Positions 30,270 to 41,447 are shown, counted from the first letter of the stretch. The stretch: 64,000 nt of DNA from Alphaproteobacteria bacterium (GCA_965199335.1 CBDAQZ010000001.1:139051-203050), one strand, 5' to 3'. Numbers and translations: made by a program. The notes: generated from the sequence alone by a model not told the origin.

Positions 30270-30551
30270 CTAACCATTGACGGAAGGCTTCAATGCGCCT
30301 TTCGCAATATCGGCAATCCTTAACGCTTCACTGATGTACTGGCTGGTGAAGCGTTCTTTTGCGCCTACATCGTCGGGATGGGTCGACGGTTTCAAATGCT
30401 CCGGTAATTCCGCCCTGAGCCCGTTTTCCCTGCGAAATTGACGGCATGCGTCGGATAGCGCATTCGACTTATCTATGAAGTCGGCCAGCGTTTCTATATC
30501 ACGGTCTGGTGTGCGCAACAGGCGTTCGATTTGTTCGGCATCTTGATTCAT
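30270..30551 (-). CDS. Hypothetical protein
   Basis: 93-aa ORF co-directional with the operon; no motif. Confidence 0.5.
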   Translation of the reverse strand: MNQDAEQIERLLRTPDRDIETLADFIDKSNALSDACRQFRRENGLRAELPEHLKPSTHPDDVGAKERFTSQYISEALRIADIAKGALKPSVNG

Positions 30552-30639
30552 GCCGAAAATTAACTGATAATTTATTATTAGGCAAGCCCAAAACTACTGT
30601 CGTTCCGTTGTGCTATGCCGCATATCGGAACGATGGGGC

Positions 30640-33258
30640 CTACAGCGTACGCGCCACCGATTCCACTTCGAACGCCTCGATGATGTCGCCGACGGCTACG
30701 TTCTCGTAGTTCTCGAACGCCATGCCGCACTCGAAGCCGTCGCGCACTTCCTTCACTTCGTCCTTGAAGCGGCGCAGCGTCTTCAGCGTGCCTTCGTGGA
30801 TCACGACGCCGTCGCGCAGCAGGCGGACCTTGGCGCCGCGCTTGACCATGCCTTCGGTGATGTAGCAACCGGCGACCTTGCCGACCTTCGTGATGTTGAA
30901 GATCTGGCGGATCTCGGCGTTGCCCAGGAACTGTTCGCGCAGGGTAGGCTTCAGCATGCCCGACAGCAGGCCCTTCACGTCGTCCAGAATGTTGTAGATG
31001 ATCGAGTAGTAACGCACCTCGACAGCATCGCGCTTGGCGACGTCGCGCGCCTGGGGATTGGCGCGGACATTGAAGCCGATGATGAAGCCGCCCGAAGCCT
31101 TGGCCAGCGTCACGTCGGACTCGTTGATCGCGCCGACACCCGAATGCAGGACGCGCAGGGCGACCTCTGTCGAATCCGCGGTCAGGCGGGTCAGGGCGCT
31201 GGTGATGGCTTCCACCGATCCGTGCACGTCGCCCTTGACGACGACTGCCAGCTCCTTCTTCTCGCCGGCCTGAATCTGCGTGAACATGTCGTCCAGCGAC
31301 CCGCGCGCGGTCAGCGCGGCGTTGGCCGTGCGATCGCGGCGCATGCGGAACTCGGCGATCTCGCGCGCCTTCGCCTCGGTCTCGACGACAACGAAATCGT
31401 CGCCCGAGCTCGGCGTGCCGTTCAGGCCCAGGATTTCCACCGGGAAGGCGGGTTCGGCGCTGGTGATGCTGGCGCCACGGTCGTTGACCAAAGCGCGGAC
31501 GCGGCCCCACTCGGAACCGGAGACGAAGATGTCGCCGACGCGCAGCGTGCCGTTCTGCACCAGCACGGTCGCGACCGAACCGCGGCCCTTGTCCAGCTTG
31601 GCCTCGACCACGGTACCGCTGGCGGGGCGGTCGGGGTTGGCCTTCAGGTCCAGGATCTCGGCCTGCAGCAGGATGGCTTCCTCAAGCTTCTCAAGGCCGA
31701 TCTTGCTCTTGGCGGACACTTCCACCGCCAGCACGTCGCCGCCCATTTCCTCGGTCTGCAGGTCGTATTGCAGCAGGTCCTGGCGGACCTTGTTGGCGTT
31801 GGCATCGGGCAGGTCGATCTTGTTGATGGCGACGATGATCGGCACCTTCGCAGCCTTGGCGTGGGCGATGGCCTCGATCGTCTGCGGCATGATGCTGTCG
31901 TTTGCGGCGACCACCAGCACGACCACGTCCGTCACGTTCGCGCCGCGGGCGCGCATCTCGGTAAAGGCGGCGTGGCCCGGCGTATCGATGAAGGTGATCT
32001 TCTGGCCGGTCCGCAGGTGAACCTGATAGGCTCCGATATGCTGGGTAATGCCGCCGGCTTCGCCCGCGACCACGTCGGTCTGGCGGATCGCGTCGAGCAG
32101 CGAGGTCTTGCCGTGGTCGACGTGGCCCATGATCGTGACCACGGGCGGACGCGACAGCAATTGCTCTGCCGTATCGACATCGCCGGTCATGCCGATTTCG
32201 ATGTCGGATTCGGCGACGCGGCGGATGCGGTGGCCGAATTCGGTCGCGATCAGCTCCGCCGTGTCGGCGTCGATGGTCTCGTTGATCGTCGCCATCACGC
32301 CCATGCGCATAAGCGATTTGATGACGTCGGCGCCGCGCTCGGCCATGCGGTTCGCCAGTTCCTGGACGGTGATCGCCTCGGGAATGGTGACGTCGCGGGT
32401 GATCTTGCCCGAATCCTCGCCCCCGAAGATACGCTGGCGTTCCTTTTCGGCGCGACGGCGCATCGCGGCGACGCTGCGGCCGCGTACGGTATCGCCGTCG
32501 TCGTTCAGCGCCTGCGACACCGTCATGCGGTGCTGGCGGCGAACGTCGGTCTTCTTGGTCGTCGGCACCGGCGGGCGGGCGGCTGGGCGCGCGGCGCGGC
32601 GGACGCGGGCGCGCTGTTCGTCCTCCTCGTCGGCGCTGATGCCAGTTACGCCGCGGCCCATCAGGGCTGCGACCTTGGCCGCTGCCGTGGTTCCGACGCG
32701 GTCGGCCATCTTGCGCCGCTCGTCGTCGCTGTTGCGGCGGTTCTCGCCTTCGCTGCGGACGCGCTCCGCCTCATCGGCCTTGCTCTTCTCGTCGGCGTCG
32801 ATCGAGCGCAATTCGTCCAGCTCGCGCTGGCGCAAATCCTCGGCGGTCAGCGGGCGGGCAGGGTCCTGCGCCGCGGGTGCTTCCGGAACTGTGGGCGAGG
32901 TGTCGCGCCACACATGGCTGCTGCGTTCGGGGCGTTCGGGCCGTTCCTCAGCGCCGCGCAGGGCGCGAACGCGCGCCTCGCGCTCCTCGTTGGTCAGCTG
33001 GCGGGCGCCGCCGGGACGTCCGCTGCTGCCGGCCTGGCGCTGCAAGGCGGTCGCCGGGGTCGTGCTCGGGCCGGCAGCCTGGGGCAGGTCGCCTTCCGGT
33101 CCACGCTTGCGCTTGACCTCGACGGCAACGGCCTTGGACCGTCCATGCGAAAAGCTCTGGCGGACCTGGTTGGCATCCGCGCCGCGTTTCAGCTCCAGCT
33201 TGCCCCGTGAGGACAGGCTGAGGACTTTTTTCGGTTCTTGATCGTTACTATCGCTCAT
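30640..33258 (-). CDS. infB: Translation initiation factor IF-2
   Basis: [39 protein letters not shown] and NKID motifs. Confidence 0.98.
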   Translation of the reverse strand: MSDSNDQEPKKVLSLSSRGKLELKRGADANQVRQSFSHGRSKAVAVEVKRKRGPEGDLPQAAGPSTTPATALQRQAGSSGRPGGARQLTNEEREARVRALRGAEERPERPERSSHVWRDTSPTVPEAPAAQDPARPLTAEDLRQRELDELRSIDADEKSKADEAERVRSEGENRRNSDDERRKMADRVGTTAAAKVAALMGRGVTGISADEEDEQRARVRRAARPAARPPVPTTKKTDVRRQHRMTVSQALNDDGDTVRGRSVAAMRRRAEKERQRIFGGEDSGKITRDVTIPEAITVQELANRMAERGADVIKSLMRMGVMATINETIDADTAELIATEFGHRIRRVAESDIEIGMTGDVDTAEQLLSRPPVVTIMGHVDHGKTSLLDAIRQTDVVAGEAGGITQHIGAYQVHLRTGQKITFIDTPGHAAFTEMRARGANVTDVVVLVVAANDSIMPQTIEAIAHAKAAKVPIIVAINKIDLPDANANKVRQDLLQYDLQTEEMGGDVLAVEVSAKSKIGLEKLEEAILLQAEILDLKANPDRPASGTVVEAKLDKGRGSVATVLVQNGTLRVGDIFVSGSEWGRVRALVNDRGASITSAEPAFPVEILGLNGTPSSGDDFVVVETEAKAREIAEFRMRRDRTANAALTARGSLDDMFTQIQAGEKKELAVVVKGDVHGSVEAITSALTRLTADSTEVALRVLHSGVGAINESDVTLAKASGGFIIGFNVRANPQARDVAKRDAVEVRYYSIIYNILDDVKGLLSGMLKPTLREQFLGNAEIRQIFNITKVGKVAGCYITEGMVKRGAKVRLLRDGVVIHEGTLKTLRRFKDEVKEVRDGFECGMAFENYENVAVGDIIEAFEVESVARTL

Positions 33259-33266
33259 TTTCTCAA

Positions 33267-33917
33267 CTATTCCGTACCCGTGTGAACCGGCGGCAGAAGC
33301 GCTTCAAGCTTCCCCGCAAGCAAAATCAGTCGCGCAGCATGCGCTTTGTCGCTAATTCCGGCATAAACTACAATGCCGATTGTGCCGAAGATGCCCGCAA
33401 GGGCCTCGCTATCCAGCACATCAATGATATGGGCGTTCGGGCTCAAGGCTTCCAGCTTGCCCCTGCCATCTTTTCCCGCGTCCGTCGCCAGCAGCAGAAC
33501 TTGCAGCTTTTTCGCGCGCGCCCAGGCTTCCACTTTTTCGAAACCGGCGACCGCGCTGCCAGCGCGGCGGGCAAATCCCACGGCGTCGATCAGGCGTTGC
33601 CGCGTCAGGGAAACCACCTGGTCCTTCAGATCCGCCGGCACCTTCACCTGCCGCCGCGCGACCCGTGCGAACGGGTTCTTGGCGGTGGCGGCTTCCAGCG
33701 TGGCGCGGTCGGCCTTGATCCACAGGCCGCGACCCGGCAGCTTCTCAGCGATGTCGGGCACCACGATGCCGTCGGGCGAAACGGCGAAGCGCAGCAATTG
33801 CTCCTTCGCCATGACCTCGCCGGTCACGATGCAGCGGCGTTGCGGCCCGGTCAGCTCCTCTTCATCGGAGGAAATCGGCGCATCGTCTTCTAGAATGAGG
33901 TCAGCGCCGAGTGACAT
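33267..33917 (-). CDS. YlxR/DUF448 RNA-binding protein fused to an L7Ae-like domain
   Basis: RRCIVTG, LLRF...PDG..VPD...KLPGRG.W and ARRAG.AV.GFEKV; start approximate. Confidence 0.88.
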   Translation of the reverse strand: MSLGADLILEDDAPISSDEEELTGPQRRCIVTGEVMAKEQLLRFAVSPDGIVVPDIAEKLPGRGLWIKADRATLEAATAKNPFARVARRQVKVPADLKDQVVSLTRQRLIDAVGFARRAGSAVAGFEKVEAWARAKKLQVLLLATDAGKDGRGKLEALSPNAHIIDVLDSEALAGIFGTIGIVVYAGISDKAHAARLILLAGKLEALLPPVHTGTE

Positions 33918-33930
33918 GGGCGTGGCTACC

Positions 33931-35445
33931 TCATGCCTGATCTGCGGGTTCGGATTTTGCGACATCCTCATCCTCGAACCACTTGGCGCGCAAGCCCATG
34001 ATCAGCTCCTCGGCTTGCGAGGGGCTGATGACGCGCGATCCCACGATCTCGATCAACTCGTCGGTGGCAAGGTCGGCCAGGTCGTCCGGGGTCTTGACGC
34101 CCTTTTCGCCTAGCGATACCAGCATGGCCGGCGTCAGGGTCTCGATGGCCATCAGATCCTCGGTGACGCCGAGGCCCTTGAGTTTCTGCAACAATTCCTC
34201 GTCGCGGGCGGCCAGGAAATTGTCGGCGCGGTTCTTAAGTTCCTGCGCCACGTCTTCGTCGAAGCCTTCGATGTTGGCGAGGTCCTCGATGCTGGTGGCC
34301 GAGATTTCCTCGACCGAGCGGAAGCCTTCGGCGATCAGCAGATGCGCGATCACGTCGTCGACTTCCAGCGCTTCGATGAACAGGCCCGAACGGGTACGGA
34401 ATTCTTCCTGGCGGCGCTCCGACTCCTCGGCTTCGGTAAGGATATCGATGTCGAGGCCGGTCAGCATCGATGCCAGGCGCACGTTCTGACCGCGGCGGCC
34501 GATGGCCAGGCTGAGCTGGTCGTCGGGCACCACGACTTCGATGCGGGCGTTCTCGTCGTCGATGACCACCTTGGTGACCTCGGCAGGGGCCAGCGCGTTG
34601 ACGACGAACGTCGCCTGGTCTTCCGACCAGGGGATGATGTCGATCTTCTCGCCATGCAGTTCGCCGACGACGGCCTGGACGCGGCTGCCGCGCATGCCGA
34701 CGCAGGCGCCGACCGGATCGATCGAGCTGTCGCGGCTAATGACGGCGATCTTGGCGCGGCTGCCCGGATCGCGGGCGACACCCTTGATCGTGATGACGCC
34801 GTCATAGATTTCCGGCACTTCCTGCGTGAACAGCTTGGCCATGAACTGCGGATGGCTGCGCGACAGGAAGATCTGCGGGCCGCGGATTTCCTCGCGCACG
34901 TCGTAGATGTAGGCGCGGACGCGGTCGCCGGTGTTGAAGTGTTCGCGCGGCAGCGATTCATCGCGGCGCAGCACGGCCTCGGCGCGGCCCAGATCGACCG
35001 TGACGTTGCCGTAATCGACGCGCTTGACCGAGCCGTTGACGATTTCGCCTATGCGATCCTTGAATTCCAGGTACTGCCGCGAACGCTCGACTTCGCGCAC
35101 CTTCTGCACGATCACCTGCTTGGCGGTCTGCGCGGCGACGCGGCCGAAATCGATCGGCGGCAGGTCGTCGATCAGGAATTCGCCCAGCACGGCATCGGGC
35201 TTGATCGCCTGCGCCTGCGCCAGCGTCATCTGGGTTACCTCGTTCTCGACCGGGTCGGCAACCTCGCGGTAACGGCGCAGGATGATGCTGCCGTTGCGGC
35301 GGTCGATGCCGGCGCGAATGTCGTGCTCGTGGCCGTATTTGCTACGGCCGGCCTTCTGGATCGCCTCCTCCATGGCGCCCAGGACCTCGTCACGGTCGAT
35401 GTTCTTTTCCCGCGCCACCGCATCGGCGACTTGCAGCAATTCCAT
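33931..35445 (-). CDS. nusA: Transcription termination/antitermination factor NusA
   Basis: FGRVAAQTAKQVI, EVPEI, ARDPGSRAK, GACVGMRGSR and AIGRRGQNVRLA motifs. Confidence 0.98.
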   Translation of the reverse strand: MELLQVADAVAREKNIDRDEVLGAMEEAIQKAGRSKYGHEHDIRAGIDRRNGSIILRRYREVADPVENEVTQMTLAQAQAIKPDAVLGEFLIDDLPPIDFGRVAAQTAKQVIVQKVREVERSRQYLEFKDRIGEIVNGSVKRVDYGNVTVDLGRAEAVLRRDESLPREHFNTGDRVRAYIYDVREEIRGPQIFLSRSHPQFMAKLFTQEVPEIYDGVITIKGVARDPGSRAKIAVISRDSSIDPVGACVGMRGSRVQAVVGELHGEKIDIIPWSEDQATFVVNALAPAEVTKVVIDDENARIEVVVPDDQLSLAIGRRGQNVRLASMLTGLDIDILTEAEESERRQEEFRTRSGLFIEALEVDDVIAHLLIAEGFRSVEEISATSIEDLANIEGFDEDVAQELKNRADNFLAARDEELLQKLKGLGVTEDLMAIETLTPAMLVSLGEKGVKTPDDLADLATDELIEIVGSRVISPSQAEELIMGLRAKWFEDEDVAKSEPADQA

Positions 35446-35461
35446 CAGTCTAGCCCTCTAG

Positions 35462-35968
35462 TCAGGCTGCCCGCTTGTTGGCGGCCAGCAGTTCGTCGTT
35501 AAGTACCAGTTTGGCGCGTCGCAGCGCCGTGAAAGCGATCCGCTTCTCGGCGGCTTCGTCGCGCAGCACGATGATGCCGTCCTCGAGCGATACGATCCGT
35601 CCCTTGAAGCGGGACTGGCCCTCGATCGGGTCCAGCGTGTCGATCCGCACCTCGAACCCCGCCCAGCGGACGAAGTCCTTTTCCCGCGTCAGCGGCCGGT
35701 CGATCCCGGGGGAGCTGATTTCCAGCGTGTACGGCTCGGCGATCGGGTCGGCCTCGTCCATCTTCGCGGCCAGCCCGCGGCTGATGGTGCCGCAATCGTC
35801 GATGCCGATGTTTGTGCCGTCCGGCTGTTCCGCCATGACCTGCAGGTTGCCGCCGGCCAGCGACAGGCGCACCACGTCGAAACCCAGGCCCTGGATCACG
35901 GGAATCACGAGGTGCGCAAGCCTTTGCGCCCCTTCGTCCACGATCAATGCCGAGTAGTCTTCGCTCAC
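35462..35968 (-). CDS. rimP: Ribosome maturation factor RimP
   Basis: IDDC..ISR, DPI...Y.LEISSPGIDRPL and AKLV motifs. Confidence 0.95.
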   Translation of the reverse strand: MSEDYSALIVDEGAQRLAHLVIPVIQGLGFDVVRLSLAGGNLQVMAEQPDGTNIGIDDCGTISRGLAAKMDEADPIAEPYTLEISSPGIDRPLTREKDFVRWAGFEVRIDTLDPIEGQSRFKGRIVSLEDGIIVLRDEAAEKRIAFTALRRAKLVLNDELLAANKRAA

Positions 35969-35984
35969 TTGTCCGCCACACCAT

Positions 35985-36010
35985 AAAAAAAGTGGGCCGC
36001 GAGCCCACTT
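35985..36010 (-). promoter_or_regulatory. Terminator-like hairpin in the rimP-nusA leader (possible attenuator)
   Basis: Minus strand AAGTGGGC-TCGCG-GCCCACTT followed by a T-run, about 17 nt before the rimP start. Confidence 0.6.
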
Positions 36011-36079
36011 GGTTGAGATCAGATTTGTAGTGAGATATAGCGGGACCGGCGCAGGGATGCAAGCGGGATGATTGCAGCC

Positions 36080-36754
36080 TCAGGGCCGCCTGATGACTTT
36101 ATAATAGAAGGGCAATCTGCCCTTCTCCAGAGCTTTTTCCTCATATCGGGTGCCTGGCCAGTCCCCAGGACGTTTTTGTATGACCTCGCCAGCGGGTTGC
36201 AGGGTGAAGGCTGAATGCGCGGTCACGACCTCTTCGTACCATTCCGCCAGTCCGGTGTCGTCGGTCGCCAGATAAATTTCGCCATCGGCCGCCAGCACCC
36301 GCGCGAGGTCGTCCAGCGTCTCCGGATTGACGATGCGGCGCTTGTTATGCCGTTTCTTCGGCCAGGGATCGGCGAACAGGACAAAGCAGCGGGCGATGCT
36401 GCGGTCCGGCAGGACCTTGAGCAGGAAACGCGCGTCGTCGGTGAAGACGCTGACATTGGTCAGCCCGGTTTCCTCCAAGCCTTTCAGCAAGGCCGACACG
36501 CCATTCATGAACGGCTCGCAGCCGATGAAGCCGGTATCGGGATGCCGCGCCGCCTGCGCCAGAAGGTGTTCGCCGCTGCCGAAGCCGATCTCCAGCCAGA
36601 CCGGTCGACCGCCGGCGAACGGTGCGCCCAGGTCGTCAAGCTCGATGCGGTGCTTGGGCAGGCCATGTTCCAGCGCGGCGGAGCGCGAGCCCCTGAGGGG
36701 GCGCGCCGTCCGCCGGCCACGGAACTGGGAGAACTGCGTGGTTTCGGTGCTCAG
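36080..36754 (-). CDS. trmB: tRNA (guanine-N7)-methyltransferase
   Basis: [35 protein letters not shown] and TRYE.K motifs; start codon uncertain (CTG 36754 or GTG 36799). Confidence 0.93.
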   Translation of the reverse strand: MSTETTQFSQFRGRRTARPLRGSRSAALEHGLPKHRIELDDLGAPFAGGRPVWLEIGFGSGEHLLAQAARHPDTGFIGCEPFMNGVSALLKGLEETGLTNVSVFTDDARFLLKVLPDRSIARCFVLFADPWPKKRHNKRRIVNPETLDDLARVLAADGEIYLATDDTGLAEWYEEVVTAHSAFTLQPAGEVIQKRPGDWPGTRYEEKALEKGRLPFYYKVIRRP

Positions 36755-37914
36755 GCCGCCAGCTTCTTCAGCTCGTCGACCAGATCGGTCCGCTCCCACG
36801 AGAAACCGCCATCGGGATCGGGCGCGCGGCCGAAATGGCCGTAGGCGGCGGTGCGGGCGTAGATCGGCTTGTTCAGGCCGAGATGCTCGCGAATGCCGCG
36901 TGGGCTGAGGTCCATCAGCTCCTGCAAGGTGCGCGCCAGCTTTTCCTCGTCGCAGCGGCCGGTGTCGTGCATGTTGATATAGACCGACAGCGGATGCGAA
37001 ACGCCGATCGCATAGGAAACCTGGATCGTGCAGCGATCGGCCAGGTCGGCGGCGATGACGTTCTTGGCCAAATAGCGCGCGGCATAGGCGGCGGAGCGGT
37101 CGACCTTGGTCGGGTCCTTGCCCGAGAACGCGCCGCCACCGTGCGGGGCAGCCCCGCCATATGTGTCGACGATGATCTTGCGCCCGGTCAGGCCCGCGTC
37201 GCCGTCGGGGCCGCCGATGACGAAGCGGCCGGTCGGGTTGACGTAGAACTCGCTCTCCGGGCACATCCAGCCTTCCGGCAGGACGTTGAGGACGTGCGGG
37301 CGGACGATCTCGCGGATCTGCGAGGCTTCCATGCCTTCGATGTGTTGCGTCGAGACGACGATCGAGGTTGCGCGCACCGGCTTGCCGTTTTCGTAGGCAA
37401 GGCTGACCTGGCTCTTGGCATCGGGACCCAGCATGGGGGCGGCGCCGGAATGGCGGGCTTCGGCCAGGCTGTGCAGGATGGAATGAGCATAGAAGATCGG
37501 AGCCGGCATCAGGTGCTCGGTCTCGCGGCAGGCGTAGCCGAACATGATACCCTGGTCGCCCGCGCCCTCGTCCTTGTTGCCGCTGGAATCGACACCGACG
37601 GCGATATCGGCGGACTGGCGGTGGACCAGGACGTCGACCTTGGCGTTCTTCCAGTGGAAGCCTTCCTGCTCGTAGCCGATTTCCTTGACGGCGTGGCGGG
37701 CGACATCTTCCAGATGTGCGGGGGTGATCGAATCGGGGCCGCGAACCTCGCCCGCGATGATGATCTGGTTGGTCGTGGCGAGCGTCTCGCACGCGACACG
37801 CGCATAGGGATCGGCTGTCAGGTACAGATCGACGATGGCGTCGGAAATGCGGTCGCAAACCTTGTCCGGGTGACCTTCGGCTACCGATTCACTGGTAAAA
37901 ACGTACTTTTTCAT
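36751..37914 (-). CDS. metK: S-adenosylmethionine synthetase
   Basis: [32 protein letters not shown] and [15 protein letters not shown] motifs. Confidence 0.98.
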   Translation of the reverse strand: MKKYVFTSESVAEGHPDKVCDRISDAIVDLYLTADPYARVACETLATTNQIIIAGEVRGPDSITPAHLEDVARHAVKEIGYEQEGFHWKNAKVDVLVHRQSADIAVGVDSSGNKDEGAGDQGIMFGYACRETEHLMPAPIFYAHSILHSLAEARHSGAAPMLGPDAKSQVSLAYENGKPVRATSIVVSTQHIEGMEASQIREIVRPHVLNVLPEGWMCPESEFYVNPTGRFVIGGPDGDAGLTGRKIIVDTYGGAAPHGGGAFSGKDPTKVDRSAAYAARYLAKNVIAADLADRCTIQVSYAIGVSHPLSVYINMHDTGRCDEEKLARTLQELMDLSPRGIREHLGLNKPIYARTAAYGHFGRAPDPDGGFSWERTDLVDELKKLAA

Positions 37915-37962
37915 CAAGCCTCCACTAGCGGAAGACTCTTATGGCGGGGCAGCGATGCCGGG

Positions 37963-38418
37963 TCAATCGGTATCGTTAACGGGTTCCGCGGCGGCGATCG
38001 CCTTTATCATGTCGATGATGCGCTTGCGTACGACCGGGCTGCTGATGCGCGTATAGGCGCGAACCAGTTCCAGAGTTTCGCGGCGGTTCATCGGGTCGCC
38101 TTCGAACGGGTCCTGCTTGCGCTCGCCGAAGCCGCCCTTGGACGAGACGGCATCGGAGGCTATTTCCTCGAAGAAAAACGAAACCGGCACGCTCAAGGCG
38201 CGGCTGAAATCATGCAGGCGGCTTGCGCCGATGCGGTTCACGCCTTTTTCGTATTTCTGGATCTGCTGGAACGTCAGCCCGACTTCCTTTGCCAGCTTGT
38301 CCTGGCTAAGGCCCATGATCAAACGGCGCTGCTTCATGCGGGAACCGACATGAACATCGATCGGGCTGGGTGCATCCATGCGCGGTCGTCCGCCGCGCTT
38401 CGGCGCTGTATTATTCAA
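37963..38418 (-). CDS. XRE-family HTH transcriptional regulator
   Basis: DVHVGSR...RR...GLSQ..LA..VGLTFQQIQKYEKG.NRI.ASRL. Confidence 0.92.
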   Translation of the reverse strand: MNNTAPKRGGRPRMDAPSPIDVHVGSRMKQRRLIMGLSQDKLAKEVGLTFQQIQKYEKGVNRIGASRLHDFSRALSVPVSFFFEEIASDAVSSKGGFGERKQDPFEGDPMNRRETLELVRAYTRISSPVVRKRIIDMIKAIAAAEPVNDTD

Positions 38419-38476
38419 ATTATTCTCCCTGTATCAAACATACTTATGCATGCAGGAAACACGAATGCAAGTGGAA

Positions 38477-40114
38477 TTACCCAACTTCCCGTTGTAGAAG
38501 CCGAGACGAAAATATCAAGGTCGAGATCACCATTGCCAGGAACAGGACGTCTCCAAATCGTGCATAAAAGGGGGCGCTGCCAATGGCTTCGGGAAGTTGT
38601 GTGTCCATAATCCCCTGTACCCCGATAGGCAAAGAACCCAGAACGCGCCCATAAGGGTCCACCGCACCCGAAATACCCGTATTCGCCGCTCTCAGCAGCG
38701 GCATACCCTGTTCCACCGCCCGCGCCCTGGCCATGGCGAAATGCTGATAGGGTCCCGAACTGTTGCCGAACCACCCGTCATTGGTGACCTGCAGCAGCCA
38801 TCCGGGCCGGTTCTTCTCATCCACGGCCCGTTCGGAAAAGATCGCTTCGTAGCAGATCAGGGGACTGAACGACGGCAGGCCGGGGACATCCAGGGTGACG
38901 GGGCCATGGCCGAAGGAAAGGTCCGTACCGCCGACCGCCAGCGCATCCAGTGGCAGGACATTGCGGAAAGGCATGTACTCGCCGAACGGGGCGAGATGCG
39001 TCTTGTCGTAGTGGCCGAGCCGCCTGCCATGGGCATCTACGATTTCAAGGCTGTTGTAATAGCTCCATTTGCCATTGGCGAAGTCCCGGCGCAACACGCC
39101 GGTCATCACCAGGCCGTTTGCAGGCGCGACCGCGCCGATGGCGATGGGGATGGAAGGCGACAGGTCGAGCGGGTAGGGAACAGCCGTTTCCGGCCAGACG
39201 AAATAGGAGGGGGCAGGCCCTTGGGCGCGTTGCTGCGACAACCGGACAAGGGTGGTGAAATGCTTCTGCGACAGCTCGGGCGACCATTTCTCGCCCTGCG
39301 GAATGTTCGGCTGCACCAGGCGCACGACCGCACCGGGCACGACCGGGCTGGGTCCATGCGGAACGCGCCAGACGCCCCAGAGCGCCAGTGCGACCAGCAC
39401 CGACAGTCCCGCGCCGTTCCATGCCAGCGCAGTTTTCGGCAGGTAGTGACGCGACCCCATCAGGGACGGCAGGCAGGCCACGGCAACGGTGATGAAGCCA
39501 AGGCCGTAAGCGCCCAGGAAACTATAGCTTTGCAGCAGCGGCAACCACGCGATCCAGGTATGGCCTGTCAGGTTCCAGGGAAAGCCGGTCAGAAAATGGC
39601 CGCGGACCCACTCGCCGATCATGATCCAGGCGGCGAACATCAGGATGCGGCGGATGCCGGTCAGCCTCATGCGCCACCAGATCATCGCGGCAAATCCCGG
39701 GATAAACCCAAGCAGGATGGGCAGGATGGTGCTGGCGAACGGCACCGCCCACCACCAATGGGCGATGTCGGTGAACATCGACACGCTGATCCAGTAGAAG
39801 CCGATGGCGAACTGGCCGAACCCGAAGGCCCAGCCGATCAGGCAGGCCTTGCGATGGGTCTGCGCGCCGTTCAACTGCCATAGCAGCATGGGATAGACGA
39901 CCCATAACACCGGCGCGGCATAAAGGGGCGGAAAGGCCAGGGCGGACAGGACGCCCAGCAGGCCGGCCAGCAGAAGCCGGCGCCAGCCCTGCAGGCCGGC
40001 TACGCCATCGGCCAGCGATTCAAACAGAGGCTTCGCTGATCTCCGAAGGCCGACCGGGGGATTTGCGCGCGCGGACGCGCTTGATGCGCCGGTGATCGGC
40101 ATCGATGACTTCAA
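38477..40114 (-). CDS. lnt: Apolipoprotein N-acyltransferase (start uncertain)
   Basis: GFPWN, LVQPNI, VWPETA, YDK.HL.PFGEY, LICYE, TNDGWFG and RAANTGIS motifs. Confidence 0.95.
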   Translation of the reverse strand: MKSSMPITGASSASARANPPVGLRRSAKPLFESLADGVAGLQGWRRLLLAGLLGVLSALAFPPLYAAPVLWVVYPMLLWQLNGAQTHRKACLIGWAFGFGQFAIGFYWISVSMFTDIAHWWWAVPFASTILPILLGFIPGFAAMIWWRMRLTGIRRILMFAAWIMIGEWVRGHFLTGFPWNLTGHTWIAWLPLLQSYSFLGAYGLGFITVAVACLPSLMGSRHYLPKTALAWNGAGLSVLVALALWGVWRVPHGPSPVVPGAVVRLVQPNIPQGEKWSPELSQKHFTTLVRLSQQRAQGPAPSYFVWPETAVPYPLDLSPSIPIAIGAVAPANGLVMTGVLRRDFANGKWSYYNSLEIVDAHGRRLGHYDKTHLAPFGEYMPFRNVLPLDALAVGGTDLSFGHGPVTLDVPGLPSFSPLICYEAIFSERAVDEKNRPGWLLQVTNDGWFGNSSGPYQHFAMARARAVEQGMPLLRAANTGISGAVDPYGRVLGSLPIGVQGIMDTQLPEAIGSAPFYARFGDVLFLAMVISTLIFSSRLLQREVG

Positions 40115-40931
40115 ACTCTGCTCCGGATTCGTGGTGGACGATCTCTCCCAGTACGGGGATATGCCCGGCCAGCGACCAGATCAAGCCTCCCACGGTATCG
40201 GAGGCCTCGCGGTCCTCTTCCGTCAGGATATCGCCGAAATGCTTCTCGAAGTCCTCGATCGGCATGCGGGCATCCATGACCAGAACGCCATCGCCCTCGA
40301 CCACGGCTCCGGGGAAGGATTCGCGGTCGTGTTCATCCTCGATCTCGCCGACGATTTCCTCGATCAGGTCCTCGATCGTGATCAGCCCGTCGATGCCGCC
40401 GAACTCATCGACGACCAGGGCGATATGCGTGCGGTTGCGCCGCATCTCAAGAAGAAGATCGACGGTCCGCATCGACGGCGCGACGATCGGCATCGGCCGC
40501 ACGATCTTCAGCAGGTCGAAGGGCCCCGCATCGACCAGCGCCGCCGACAGCAGGTCGCGGATATGGAAGACACCGACGACATCGTCCAGCGTCTCGCGGT
40601 AAACGGGAAGGCGGCTGTGGGTATTGTTGATGACTAGCTTCAGCAGGTCGGGCAGGGCGGTATCGACCTCGATGGCCATGATCTCGGCGCGCGGAACCAT
40701 CACATCGTCGACGGTCAGGTCGCGGAAAGCCTCGACGTTCGATATCAGCCGACGCTCATGCGCCGCGATATCCTGGGGCAGCGCGTCATCGAAATTGGAC
40801 GTTTCGACCGCGTGATCGGTATTGGCAACCGGTCCTTTCCACAGGGAAAGGATACGTTCGAACAAAGGCTCCGAATGGTCCTTAAGCGAAACAGCCCCGG
40901 CACCCCGGGGCGAAGGAGGGTCGTCGTTCAT
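40020..40931 (-). CDS. HlyC/CorC-family CBS-domain protein
   Basis: VMVPR, HSRLPVY, VVDEFGG..GL.TIEDL.EEIVGEI.DEHD and a CorC C-terminal domain. Confidence 0.93.
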   Translation of the reverse strand: MNDDPPSPRGAGAVSLKDHSEPLFERILSLWKGPVANTDHAVETSNFDDALPQDIAAHERRLISNVEAFRDLTVDDVMVPRAEIMAIEVDTALPDLLKLVINNTHSRLPVYRETLDDVVGVFHIRDLLSAALVDAGPFDLLKIVRPMPIVAPSMRTVDLLLEMRRNRTHIALVVDEFGGIDGLITIEDLIEEIVGEIEDEHDRESFPGAVVEGDGVLVMDARMPIEDFEKHFGDILTEEDREASDTVGGLIWSLAGHIPVLGEIVHHESGAEFEVIDADHRRIKRVRARKSPGRPSEISEASV

Positions 40932-40937
40932 AGTCTC

Positions 40938-41447
40938 TCAGTCAGCATCCGTAGTTATCATATAAGGGTTCGCCACGCCGATTTCATCAAGAATCTTGAT
41001 TTCCATCGCTTCCATCAATTCGGCATCCCTGTCGGCCTCGTGGTCGTGGCCCAGCAGGTGCAGTACGCCGTGGACGATCAGGTGCTGGGTATGCGCCGCC
41101 ACGCTCTTGCCGGTTTCGGCGGCCTCGCGCAGGATCGTCTGCAGCCCAAGCACCACATCGCCCAGCAGGATCGTCGTTCCCATGGGCGGCGGCGCGTCGG
41201 CGTGCAGCAGGGGGAAGGAAAGCACGTTGGTTGGCTTGTCCTTGCCGCGGTATTGCCCGTTCAATTGCCGCATGCGGTCGTCATCGGCGAAGGTGACGCC
41301 GATCTCGACGGTTCCGGGAATGCCGATATAGGCCGGCGCGGCATGCACGATCGCATGCTGAACGGCGATATCTGCAAGCTCTTCCAGGCCGGGCAGCGTG
41401 GATGTCCACATTGGGTCGGCGATGTCCACAATCAGGGAAAGTGTCAC
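40938..41447 (-). CDS. ybeY: rRNA maturation RNase YbeY
   Basis: LN..YRGKDKPTNVLSF, LGD and HGVLHLLGHDH motifs. Confidence 0.96.
   Translation of the reverse strand: MTLSLIVDIADPMWTSTLPGLEELADIAVQHAIVHAAPAYIGIPGTVEIGVTFADDDRMRQLNGQYRGKDKPTNVLSFPLLHADAPPPMGTTILLGDVVLGLQTILREAAETGKSVAAHTQHLIVHGVLHLLGHDHEADRDAELMEAMEIKILDEIGVANPYMITTDAD

Noticed and set aside
30610-33210. Long antisense ORFs (866 aa opposite infB; similar ones opposite pnp, metK, glnD, sufS, yhdP)
   Set aside because: Shadow frames of high-GC coding genes; no motifs and fully overlapped by confident genes.
36080-37858. 592-aa ORF suggesting a long TrmB fusion
   Set aside because: The upstream part is an alternative frame of metK; only the last 224 or so codons are TrmB.
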